Origin: Nitrospirota bacterium
GTDB lineage: Bacteria > Nitrospirota > Thermodesulfovibrionia > Thermodesulfovibrionales > Dissulfurispiraceae
Assembly: GCA_963790025.1 (NCBI GenBank)
Contig: CAWBMP010000004.1
Coordinates: 1,152,001 to 1,216,000, forward strand
Length of the DNA stretch: 64,000 bases
Direction: 5' to 3'
The translations under genes were made by a program, and so were the position numbers. Below are positions 29,633 to 38,717 of this stretch, one piece after another (within the stretch, counting starts at the first letter, position 1; each line of letters begins with the position of its first letter). Below the pieces are notes generated by a model. The model was not told the DNA's origin. It saw nothing but the letters and a program-made list of their open reading frames with translations, and made no database searches.

Positions 29633-31196
29633 TATTAATGCATCCTTAGAAACGGCAGCTAAAGGGACTGCGATTCTTATTTTCGGTACGGTAGCAAGTA
29701 ATATACTCTGGTTCGCCATAAAGCTTATAATAATCAAGACTTCAACTGCAGAGCAATTAGGTACCTATTCACTGGCAGTGGCTATTATCAGCGTAATCAC
29801 GCTGGTAGCGAGTCTTGGCGTCCATGAAGGGGCAACCAAATACGTATCCTCTCTGCTGGGAAAAGGAAAGAAAACTGAAGCTTCTGCAGCAGGCAAATTC
29901 TCACTAAAGACCGGGATGCTGTCAGGTACTGCAGCATGTACAGCTTTATTCTTGTTTTCCGGTACACTCTCGCGTCATCTTTTTTATAAACCCGAGCTTG
30001 AAAATCCGCTAAGAATCTTATCTATTAGTATTCCCTTCACCGTTCTTTCATGGATTTGTGTCTGGATTTTGCGGGGACATGGCGTGATGCGTGCCAAAGT
30101 TTATTATCTTGACATCGGCATTCCTCTTTTTTTTCTCATATTTTTAGCGCTTTCTTTTACACTATCGTTTTCGTTCAACAATATTCTGTATGCTTTTTCC
30201 CTTTCATCAATTGCCGTTTTTGCATCTGCAGGCATATATGGATATAAAAAAATAAAATTAAACGTCTTATCAATAAAAGGTGCGGTTCGATACGACGGAT
30301 TTGTAAATTTTTCCCTGGCCGCACTTTTTTTGGGTTTAATGCTTGTCCTCTTTGGATGGACCGATACGCTCGTTCTGGGACGGTATACGTCGCTGAAGGC
30401 AGTGGGAATATATAATATCGGCGTACTGCTTGCAAACCTTCTCTTGTTCCCATTCATTGCTGTCGGATTCGTTTTTATGCCTATGGCAGGAGAAATGTTC
30501 GCGCAGGGACGGCTCCCGGAACTGGGCAGAACATTTCAAATCCTGACCAAATGGATTTTTTCTGCCACATTGCCGATTTTTTTTGTTCTTTTCTTTTTTC
30601 CTGAAATGGTGATTGCTTTTTTGTTCGGGGTCCGATTCCTGGGAGCGGTCCTGCCTCTCCGTATTTTATCAGCAGGTTTCTTATTTCAAACTGCATTAGG
30701 GCCCGGTATTTCTATGCTTATGGCTATGGGGCATTCCCGTCATATCAGGAATATTTCCATTATGGGTACCTTTCTGAATATCTCCCTAAATTATCTGATG
30801 GTCAAGCGTCTGGGCCTGGGGTTGGCGGGCGCCGCAACAGCAACGATGCTCTCCTACTCTTCAATCAGCATTATGAATTGCCTCGTGCTTTACAGGATAA
30901 GCGGGTTCCATTCAGTTACAACCAGATACATCAGACCAATTGTCTGGTCAGCGGTTATAGGATCTGCAATATATGCTGTTGCCAAGATACTGCCGCTCAA
31001 TTTCTGGATGCTTCCTTTTTATTTGTTTTTTTTTATAGGCGGATATTTTGTCATGCTGCTTCTGAGCGGAGGGTTCGATGCGGAAGATATTATTTTACTG
31101 TGCCGGCTCTCAGAAAAGGTTGGCATAAAGTCGGACCGGATATGGAAGATCGCTTGTCAGTTCAATAAACATTTGGTGCCTGAACGCGATGAGTAA
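29622..31196 (+). CDS. Wzx-like oligosaccharide flippase (MOP superfamily)
   Basis: About 14 hydrophobic segments, LGTYSLA, TDTLVLG...VGIYN. Confidence 0.85.
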   Translation: MTDNINASLETAAKGTAILIFGTVASNILWFAIKLIIIKTSTAEQLGTYSLAVAIISVITLVASLGVHEGATKYVSSLLGKGKKTEASAAGKFSLKTGMLSGTAACTALFLFSGTLSRHLFYKPELENPLRILSISIPFTVLSWICVWILRGHGVMRAKVYYLDIGIPLFFLIFLALSFTLSFSFNNILYAFSLSSIAVFASAGIYGYKKIKLNVLSIKGAVRYDGFVNFSLAALFLGLMLVLFGWTDTLVLGRYTSLKAVGIYNIGVLLANLLLFPFIAVGFVFMPMAGEMFAQGRLPELGRTFQILTKWIFSATLPIFFVLFFFPEMVIAFLFGVRFLGAVLPLRILSAGFLFQTALGPGISMLMAMGHSRHIRNISIMGTFLNISLNYLMVKRLGLGLAGAATATMLSYSSISIMNCLVLYRISGFHSVTTRYIRPIVWSAVIGSAIYAVAKILPLNFWMLPFYLFFFIGGYFVMLLLSGGFDAEDIILLCRLSEKVGIKSDRIWKIACQFNKHLVPERDE

Positions 31197-31257
31197 TGCA
31201 GGGGACTGTATAGTAATAGCTGTGGAAAACTGAAATTAAGTCAATGAGGTACAAGGA

Positions 31258-32244
31258 ATGAAGCAGTGTCCCGGATGCAGACATGAAGTAACAACAAATT
31301 TTATAAGGACATTCAGGAGTGCTGTGGCCGGCAGAGACTTTCGACTTTACCACTGCGTCCGCTGCGACCTGATGTTTTGGGAACCCCGCATAATCGAGCC
31401 GGAATTTTACACAGGCAATAAACTGGGATATGCGGAGTTTCATTGTAATTTGCGGAAGTCCCTGCCCTTTTATTCAAAGCCTTTTTTTGGTTTACCCTCA
31501 TATAAAAAAGGCAGTCTCCTTGATGTTGGTGGCGGCGACGGGTTGTTCGCTGAAAAAGCTCAGGAAGCAGGTTTCGATGTGACAATGATAGATTTCGACG
31601 AAAAAAGTGTTCAGTCTGCAAGAAAGCGAGGCGTGCATAAAGCTTTCTCTTATTCTTTGGAAGATTTTATCCTGGCTTGCAAAGGGCAAAACCTTCAGTT
31701 CGATGTAATATCCTTTTTTGAAGTCCTGGAACATCAGGAGAACCTGGAACTTTTTATCAATAACATCAAAACGTTGCTGAAGCCTGACGGCTGGATAGTG
31801 GGAAGCACACCCAACAGGGACCGAATGTGCGCAAACCTCACAAGAAAACTTGACGGCCAGGATACTCCGCCGCATCATTTTTTCTGGTGGAGTAAAAAAA
31901 GTGTGGATAATTTTTTCGCGTCGCATGGTTTTGTTGTGGAGATACTCCCTACCAAGATAGACCTTGACGCCACTACAGCTAACGTGCTGGATTATATCTC
32001 GGGGGAAATTGTCAAAAAAATGAAAGATCGTATTTTCGGATCTAATATTGAAGGTTCCTGTGACAAAATCGGAACAACAAAACTGTCCCTTCTCTCTGCC
32101 ATGAAATACTTGCGCCGTTTCTTTCTATTGCCGCCAGGTTTGTTATTGAAACTGGCTTACGCTAGAAGCGGAGGATTCTCATTTTATTTTCACGGCCGTC
32201 TTCACGATGCAAATAACTCCGGGGGAAATAAAAACCAATACTGA
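31258..32244 (+). CDS. Class I SAM-dependent methyltransferase with N-terminal Zn-finger
   Basis: CPGC...CVRC, LLDVGGGDG, FEVLEH, LLKPDG, PPHH. Confidence 0.85.
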   Translation: MKQCPGCRHEVTTNFIRTFRSAVAGRDFRLYHCVRCDLMFWEPRIIEPEFYTGNKLGYAEFHCNLRKSLPFYSKPFFGLPSYKKGSLLDVGGGDGLFAEKAQEAGFDVTMIDFDEKSVQSARKRGVHKAFSYSLEDFILACKGQNLQFDVISFFEVLEHQENLELFINNIKTLLKPDGWIVGSTPNRDRMCANLTRKLDGQDTPPHHFFWWSKKSVDNFFASHGFVVEILPTKIDLDATTANVLDYISGEIVKKMKDRIFGSNIEGSCDKIGTTKLSLLSAMKYLRRFFLLPPGLLLKLAYARSGGFSFYFHGRLHDANNSGGNKNQY

Positions 32245-32246
32245 TT

Positions 32247-33077
32247 ATGGAAGAAATGCTGAATTCGAATCGGGCCATCAAATATCCCAAACGTGACCGT
32301 TTTGCTATTGAGGAGACACTTTTATTTATGTTGCGACTTGCATCATCAAATCATCACCCATTGCACAAGGGCGCAAGAATTTTGGATTTCGGCTGTGGTA
32401 TAGGCGATAGCGTTAATTATTTAGTAGAAAAGGAATATGATGCATATGGTATCGATATAGGAGAATTTTGGGATTCTGATTTTGATACGTATTGGGAAGT
32501 GAGAGAGAAACCCGATCCCGCTCTCTGTAAGAGACTATACAAGGTCGATATTAATAGCTATCGTATTCCTTTCCCCGATGAAACCTTTGATTTTGTATTC
32601 AGCGATACTGTTTTTGAGCATGTTTTCGACTTTCAAACATCATTAAGAGAGATAAATCGCGTCCTAAAAAAAGGAGCTTTTTCTATACATATGTTTCCCG
32701 GTACATTTACTCTTAAGGAAGGGCATACTTTTGTTCCCATTGTCCCTCTTTGCAGGAAGAAATGGTGGTTAACAATTTGGGCCCTCATGGGACGAAGGGC
32801 TCCCTGGCAAAAAGGCCTCGACTGGAGAAAAGTGGTTGATCTTAACATCGAGGTCATGAAAAGTACAAACTATCTGTCGAGACGAGAAATAGTAAAAATA
32901 GCAGATCGGGAAGGCATCAAAATTCGCTTTATTGGAGGTCCTATGCCCCTTAATCATCTAAGTGAGCGCTCCAGAAAGATTTATCATATATTAAATAAAT
33001 TTGGTCTTGGAGATTTTGCCACTCGCTTAGTTAGGCCATTCATTTCAGGAAGGCTTATGGCTTTCGAAAAAAGTTGA
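32247..33077 (+). CDS. Class I SAM-dependent methyltransferase
   Basis: ILDFGCGIG, PFPDETFDFV, VFEHV, RVLKKG. Confidence 0.87.
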   Translation: MEEMLNSNRAIKYPKRDRFAIEETLLFMLRLASSNHHPLHKGARILDFGCGIGDSVNYLVEKEYDAYGIDIGEFWDSDFDTYWEVREKPDPALCKRLYKVDINSYRIPFPDETFDFVFSDTVFEHVFDFQTSLREINRVLKKGAFSIHMFPGTFTLKEGHTFVPIVPLCRKKWWLTIWALMGRRAPWQKGLDWRKVVDLNIEVMKSTNYLSRREIVKIADREGIKIRFIGGPMPLNHLSERSRKIYHILNKFGLGDFATRLVRPFISGRLMAFEKS

Positions 33078-33078
33078 T

Positions 33079-33462
33079 ACTAAGCGAATCTTACGAGCAT
33101 ATCTTAAGAATGGAGGAGAAATCGCTGTGTGGGTTTATGCCGCATATTATGAGGGAGTGCAGAGGATAAGCTCACTTCTCAGAAAAATCACAACTAAAAT
33201 GCCCGAAAGGCTGGTGTACTCGTTGTCCTCTGTTGTTATACCTCTATATCATATATGGCCACTACTCACGATAATGTTTCCTCTATTACGGTTCAGCACG
33301 CATAAGAAGCCAAAATGGAGGTGGCTTGATACCTTTGATCGGTATACGCCTCATTATGCATGGAAGCACACATACCCTGAAGTATTTAACTGGTTTAAAA
33401 AAGCGGGTCTTAATAATATAACCCTTCTGGAAAGCCCCGTATCGATGAGGGGAAGAAAGTAG
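33079..33462 (+). pseudogene. C-terminal fragment of a class I methyltransferase
   Basis: In-frame (D)TKRILRAYLKNGGEIAVWVY...LDTFDRYTP.Y...HT.PEV..WF..AG; the N-terminal SAM-binding motif is missing. Confidence 0.7.
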
Positions 33463-33463
33463 T

Positions 33464-35311
33464 ATGTGCGGAATTTTCGGAATTTATAGACCTGGCAGCC
33501 CGATCGGTGAGGCTTTGTTAGGTAGGGCGATTGCTTCGACTTCATACAGAGGACCTGACGCTCAGGGAATGTACATCAATGAAAGAAAAACCGTCGGGCT
33601 TGCACACAAAAGACTATCTATAATTGATCTTTCTGATGCGGGAAGGCAACCGATGAGCGACAGCGAAGGAAGACTCTGGATTACTTTTAATGGTGAAATC
33701 TATAATTTCATGGAATTGAGAGAGGGGTTGATCTCTTACGGACACCGTTTTTCCTCGTTGTGCGATACCGAAGTCCTCCTTTATGCATATAAGCAGTGGG
33801 GAATCGATTGCCTCAGGCATTTAAACGGCATGTTTGCGTTCGGCATCTATGATTCTGCCGGGCAAAAAATTTTCCTGGCCCGCGACCGGCTGGGGAAGAA
33901 GCCGCTCTTTTATTCCACTTACTCTGGCGGGATCATTTTTTCATCCGAGCTGAAGGAGATACTTGCAACCGGCTCTGTGCCTGTCGATGTCGACAACGAA
34001 GCGGTGAACTACTATTTCTCTCTAGGATATATCCCGGGTGAGAAATGCATTGTACAGCATGTGAAAAAGCTCCCTCCCGGCCACTTTCTCGAGTATGATT
34101 GTTCGAAAGGTACAGCACAGTTAGGGCAATACTGGGACGTGCCTGAGTTTGAAGCGACAAAAAAAGAAGAGGAAATGCTCGAAGAAATTGAGGCCCTTCT
34201 TTCAGACTCTGTAAAAAAACGTCTCATCAGTGATGTCCCCCTCGGCGCATTTCTGAGCGGTGGAATTGATTCGAGCCTTCTGGTCGCCCTGATGAGAAAG
34301 GCACATAATGGCGAGATCAAAACGTTCAGTGTCGGGTTCGAAGGAAGCCGCTGCAGTGAAGTTGGACACGCCCGGCTTGTGGCCCGGCATTTCGGGACCT
34401 CGCATCGGGAAATTACCGTCGTCCCAAACTTCCGCGACGATCTTGAGCTTATATCTGGTCTAATGGATGAGCCCATATTCGACAGCTCTCTTCTGCCCAC
34501 CTATCTTCTTTCAAAACATACAAAGCAACATGTAACAGTTGCTCTTTCTGGTGATGGAGGAGATGAAGTATTCGGCGGCTACATTCATTATGCGTCAGCA
34601 CTGGTTGCACAAAATATTGCCAAATTTGCCATATCCCCTTTCCGTAAAACGGCAAAACTTGTTGCATCATATATGCCTGATGGAATGTTCGGCAGGAACA
34701 CCCTGTATGGAATATACGCGGGTGACAAGGCATGTTTTTCCTACCCTACCCAAATATTTAAAGAAGACGAGAGAGGGCAACTCCTTCATAGGGATTTTGC
34801 CGGAATAGTTGATATGAAGGCGCCGCGAATATACCGGGAGGCCCTAATGGATAAAAACTACGATTTCGTCAGTCAGATGTGTTATGCGGACATTAAAACA
34901 TTACTGCCCGACGACATTCTTGTCAAGGTAGACAGGGCCAGTATGTTTAATAGCCTTGAAGTAAGATGCCCTCTTCTGGATTATCGCATCGCTGAATATG
35001 CCTTCAGGCATATTCCGGGCAATTTTAAAGTTAGGGGCGGCATTAAAAAATACCTCCTCAAGAAGCTTGCCCAAAAACTCCTTCCCCTGGAGCTTGAGCT
35101 TGAAAGAAAACAGGGCTTCGATATTCCAGGAGACCTCCTTCTAAAGACGCACCTTACCGAAAGGCTTATGAGCTTCCCTCGAAATGACTTCATTTCACAA
35201 TCTTTCCTGTCAAAACTGATTAATGCTCAAAAAAACCGAAAAGGATCTTCGTGGCATAAGCTGTTCGCCATTTATTTTTTTATAAGGTGGTTAGAGGTGT
35301 GGAAAAAATAA
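33464..35311 (+). CDS. asnB: Asparagine synthase (glutamine-hydrolysing) family amidotransferase, glycan-cluster type
   Basis: MCGI N-terminal nucleophile, RLSIIDL, NGEIYN, LSGGIDSS, SGDGGDE, KVDRASM. Confidence 0.92.
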   Translation: MCGIFGIYRPGSPIGEALLGRAIASTSYRGPDAQGMYINERKTVGLAHKRLSIIDLSDAGRQPMSDSEGRLWITFNGEIYNFMELREGLISYGHRFSSLCDTEVLLYAYKQWGIDCLRHLNGMFAFGIYDSAGQKIFLARDRLGKKPLFYSTYSGGIIFSSELKEILATGSVPVDVDNEAVNYYFSLGYIPGEKCIVQHVKKLPPGHFLEYDCSKGTAQLGQYWDVPEFEATKKEEEMLEEIEALLSDSVKKRLISDVPLGAFLSGGIDSSLLVALMRKAHNGEIKTFSVGFEGSRCSEVGHARLVARHFGTSHREITVVPNFRDDLELISGLMDEPIFDSSLLPTYLLSKHTKQHVTVALSGDGGDEVFGGYIHYASALVAQNIAKFAISPFRKTAKLVASYMPDGMFGRNTLYGIYAGDKACFSYPTQIFKEDERGQLLHRDFAGIVDMKAPRIYREALMDKNYDFVSQMCYADIKTLLPDDILVKVDRASMFNSLEVRCPLLDYRIAEYAFRHIPGNFKVRGGIKKYLLKKLAQKLLPLELELERKQGFDIPGDLLLKTHLTERLMSFPRNDFISQSFLSKLINAQKNRKGSSWHKLFAIYFFIRWLEVWKK

Positions 35312-36414
35312 GGATTCTTGCTGTAATAGACCATCTGGGCAAAGGGGGGGCTGAAAGACAGTTTCTAAATCTTATTAATAACCTGGACATAGGGAGATTT
35401 GAACCACACATCTTTATCGCAGAAAGGGCCGGGGAGCGGTTTTCTGAATTATGTCCGCATATACAGACTCACGGCCTTTTGCGTTCACATAAACGCAAGA
35501 CTTTTAATGCCATAAAACTGCTCAGGGAAACTATAATTGATATCAAGCCATCTATTATTCAAACCTGGCTTGACTATTCAACATTTGTTACAGCAATAGC
35601 TCTAAAGACTATTTCTGTAAAGACAATATTTGTTGCATCCCACCGCACGAGCATAGAGGAGTTATATAATACTGAAGTGAAGTTCGGCAGAATAAAAAAG
35701 ACCCTGCTTATTCGGGCATACAGACAAGCGCAAAGAGTAACGACAAATTCAAAAATTCTAGTAGAACAGCTAAATCATTACGGCATTACAAAAAACAAAC
35801 TGATTTATAATGGCATAGATTTAAAGAATTACAAAAACCTGCCGTCCCGCGACGAACTGCGCAAGAAGTTAGGTCTGCCGACTGATACTTTTTATATTTC
35901 TTTTGTTGGGGCACTGGTTGAAAGAAAAGGCATACGATATTTTATAAAGGCGATAAAAAACACAAACAAAAATAATATGAAAGCACTTATAATCGGTGAT
36001 GGCGAGTTGCGGGACACAGTCAATACCATCACGAAGGAAGATTCCAGGTTTGTCTTACTGGGATTTCAGCCGAATGCAATCGAGTATATCAAAGCGTCGG
36101 ACCTTTTGGTCCTTCCCTCGCTCTATGAGGGATTGCCCAACGTAGTTATTGAAGCCATGGCGGTCGGCACGCCTGTAATCGCTACAAATGTTTATGGGAT
36201 GCCCGAACTCATCGAAGATGGCATAAACGGAACATTAGTGTCTGTTAAAGATAGCAAAAGTATCACATCCGCCATTGAATTTATCGAGGGGAATCCTGCT
36301 GTAGCGGCAAGATTTGTCGAGTCATCAGGGAGGAAAGCCGAGTTTTTCAATGTTGACCGGATGGTGAAAGAATATGAAACGCTATATTCAGAACTGTACG
36401 AAGATAATTTATAA
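35287..36414 (+). CDS. GT4-family glycosyltransferase
   Basis: GGAERQ, IYNGID, PSLYEGLPNVVIEAMAVG. Confidence 0.92.
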   Translation: MVRGVEKIRILAVIDHLGKGGAERQFLNLINNLDIGRFEPHIFIAERAGERFSELCPHIQTHGLLRSHKRKTFNAIKLLRETIIDIKPSIIQTWLDYSTFVTAIALKTISVKTIFVASHRTSIEELYNTEVKFGRIKKTLLIRAYRQAQRVTTNSKILVEQLNHYGITKNKLIYNGIDLKNYKNLPSRDELRKKLGLPTDTFYISFVGALVERKGIRYFIKAIKNTNKNNMKALIIGDGELRDTVNTITKEDSRFVLLGFQPNAIEYIKASDLLVLPSLYEGLPNVVIEAMAVGTPVIATNVYGMPELIEDGINGTLVSVKDSKSITSAIEFIEGNPAVAARFVESSGRKAEFFNVDRMVKEYETLYSELYEDNL

Positions 36415-36485
36415 TTGAAAATCCTTCATTTCAAGTTCTTGAGCAATTTGTTTAAGCAGGTAATCTGCAGATTAAGGAGGCGACA

Positions 36486-37508
36486 TTGGGAAAGAGGGCT
36501 TTAATTACAGGCATCACCGGTCAGGACGGCGCATATCTTTCAAAGCTGTTACTGGACAAGGGCTATGAAGTATACGGCGCATTCAGGCGTACGTCCGATC
36601 TGCATCTGAACCGTATAAAGTTTCTCGGCGTCGAAAACGACATACAATTTGTTCCGCTCGAACTACTTGAGTTTACCAATATCTACAGGACACTCGAAAC
36701 CATCAGGCCCGATGAAGTTTATAATCTTGGTGCGCAGAGTTTTGTGGGACTTTCCTTTGAACAGCCTGTTTTTACAGCCGATGTCACAGGTCTTGGCGTG
36801 CTCAGGATGCTGGAGGCCGTACGCGCCGTCAATCCGCAAATACGGTTTTATCAGGCATCCAGCAGCGAAATGTTCGGCAAATCAAGAGAGTTTCCCCAGA
36901 ATGAACAAACCCCCTTTCACCCCCGGAGCCCTTATGCGGTATCGAAATTGTTCGGGCACTGGATAGCTGTAAATTACTGTGAATCTTATGGAATGTTCGT
37001 CTGTTCCGGCATTCTTTTTAACCATGAATCTCCTCTCCGGGGACTTGAGTTTGTCACGAGAAAAATAACTCATGCTGTAGCAAGGATAAAACTGGGACTT
37101 CAGGAAAAGCTTTCTCTCGGCAATCTTGATTCTAGGCGTGACTGGGGATATGCGCCTGAATACGTTGAAGCAATGTGGCTAATGCTTCAGCAACCCGGAC
37201 CGGACAATTATGTCATTGCAACAGGTGAAACGCACAGCGTGCGGGAGTTTGCGGAGACGGCTTTCATGGAGACCGGGACCGAAATAGAGTGGACCGGAAA
37301 CGGGATTGCAGAAAAGGGTATGGATAAGGCTACGGGAAAGCCTCTTGTTGAAATAGACCCGCAATTCTTCAGACCCGCGGAAGTGGATGTCCTGACAGGA
37401 GATTTTTCCACGGCAAAGGTAAAACTAGGATGGGAGCCGAGGACCACATTTAATAAACTCGTCAGGATCATGGTGCAGCATGACATGAGTATCGCAGAAA
37501 TAGGATAA
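36486..37508 (+). CDS. gmd: GDP-mannose 4,6-dehydratase
   Basis: ALITGITGQDGAYL, YQASSSE, PRSPYAVSK, LFNHESP; TTG start after AAGGAGG. Confidence 0.96.
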   Translation: MGKRALITGITGQDGAYLSKLLLDKGYEVYGAFRRTSDLHLNRIKFLGVENDIQFVPLELLEFTNIYRTLETIRPDEVYNLGAQSFVGLSFEQPVFTADVTGLGVLRMLEAVRAVNPQIRFYQASSSEMFGKSREFPQNEQTPFHPRSPYAVSKLFGHWIAVNYCESYGMFVCSGILFNHESPLRGLEFVTRKITHAVARIKLGLQEKLSLGNLDSRRDWGYAPEYVEAMWLMLQQPGPDNYVIATGETHSVREFAETAFMETGTEIEWTGNGIAEKGMDKATGKPLVEIDPQFFRPAEVDVLTGDFSTAKVKLGWEPRTTFNKLVRIMVQHDMSIAEIG

Positions 37509-37526
37509 ATAACGCACATTTTTTTT

Positions 37527-38624
37527 ATGAAAATACTCCATCTCATCTACGATCATATGCGCAATCCCTGGGTCGGCGGCGGGGGCGCGGTAAGGGTTTA
37601 CAAGATATGCAAAAGGCTTGCCAGGCAGGGTCATGAAGTTACCATTTTCAGCGGAAACTATCCGGGAGCCGAGAACTATACTGAAGACGGGCTCCGGTTC
37701 TTTTTTGCAGGTAACAGCAAGAACTATGTCTTAAGCACCTTTTCATATGCATGGGAAGCCGCCTCACTGGTAAGAAAACAGGGACGCGATTACGACATTA
37801 TTGTTGAGGACTTTGCCCCGTGGAATCCCGTTTTCTCAACTTTCATGACAAAAAAGCCGGTTGTGCTTCATATCAATCATCGTGAAGGCATCAATATTCT
37901 CGGAAGGTGGTGGATCGCGGGATTGCCGTTTTTTTTGATCGAAAAATTCTATCCGTTGTTTTTCCGTCATGTAACAGCCCTTTCGGAGGAGACGAGAAAA
38001 AAAATCGGTATCGCCGGTGCAATGATAGTCCCGGCAGGCATCGACGGAGACTTTTTCAAAGACAACGACATGGTGAACAGCCCTGACAGGGAGTCACAGA
38101 CCTCCTTTCTCCTTTACTTAGGCAGGCTCCATATCAGGAACAAGGGGCTTGATACGCTCCTATGTGCCATGAAAGGTCTCGACTCTGAACTGCTTGTATC
38201 CGGCAGGGGCAAGGATGAGGATAGCCTGAAGCGAATGGCAAAAAAGCTTGGTCTTCAGAATGTCGGTTTTACCGGTTTTGTCGGAGAAGGAGAAAAAATA
38301 CATCTGTTGCGAAAAGCGCTGGCACTGGTTTTGCCATCCCGATTCGAGGGTTGGGGCCTGGTGGTCCTTGAGGCCGCTGCATGCGGCAAGCCTGTTATAG
38401 TAAGCGATATACCGGAGTTGCGGTATGCCGTGGATGCGGGGTACGGGATATCTTTCAAGACAGGCGACCCTGAAGATCTTGCCCGGAAGATAAGATTTCT
38501 TATAGACCACGAATCACTGAGAAGTGAGATGGGACGGAAGGCCCGCGAATATGCCAGGAACTACACATGGGACAAGATAGCTCTCGATGTTGAACAGTAT
38601 CTGTTAAAATTCACGACGCCTTAG
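37527..38624 (+). CDS. GT4-family glycosyltransferase
   Basis: NPWVGGGGA, YLGRL, PSRFEGWGLVVLEAAACG. Confidence 0.92.
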   Translation: MKILHLIYDHMRNPWVGGGGAVRVYKICKRLARQGHEVTIFSGNYPGAENYTEDGLRFFFAGNSKNYVLSTFSYAWEAASLVRKQGRDYDIIVEDFAPWNPVFSTFMTKKPVVLHINHREGINILGRWWIAGLPFFLIEKFYPLFFRHVTALSEETRKKIGIAGAMIVPAGIDGDFFKDNDMVNSPDRESQTSFLLYLGRLHIRNKGLDTLLCAMKGLDSELLVSGRGKDEDSLKRMAKKLGLQNVGFTGFVGEGEKIHLLRKALALVLPSRFEGWGLVVLEAAACGKPVIVSDIPELRYAVDAGYGISFKTGDPEDLARKIRFLIDHESLRSEMGRKAREYARNYTWDKIALDVEQYLLKFTTP

Positions 38625-38717
38625 CCTTTAGCCTTATGCTTTATGCTATACTAACCGGCAGTATAGAAAGCGCCGGACTTCCAGGCCGTGTAAAATAACT
38701 TTGCGGGAGAGAGTTAC

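Noticed and set aside
33061..33080. Programmed frameshift (GAAAAAAG) fusing the two methyltransferase frames
   Set aside because: The downstream fragment is in the +1 frame and the A-run is not phased as A_AAA_AAG; a truncation scar is simpler
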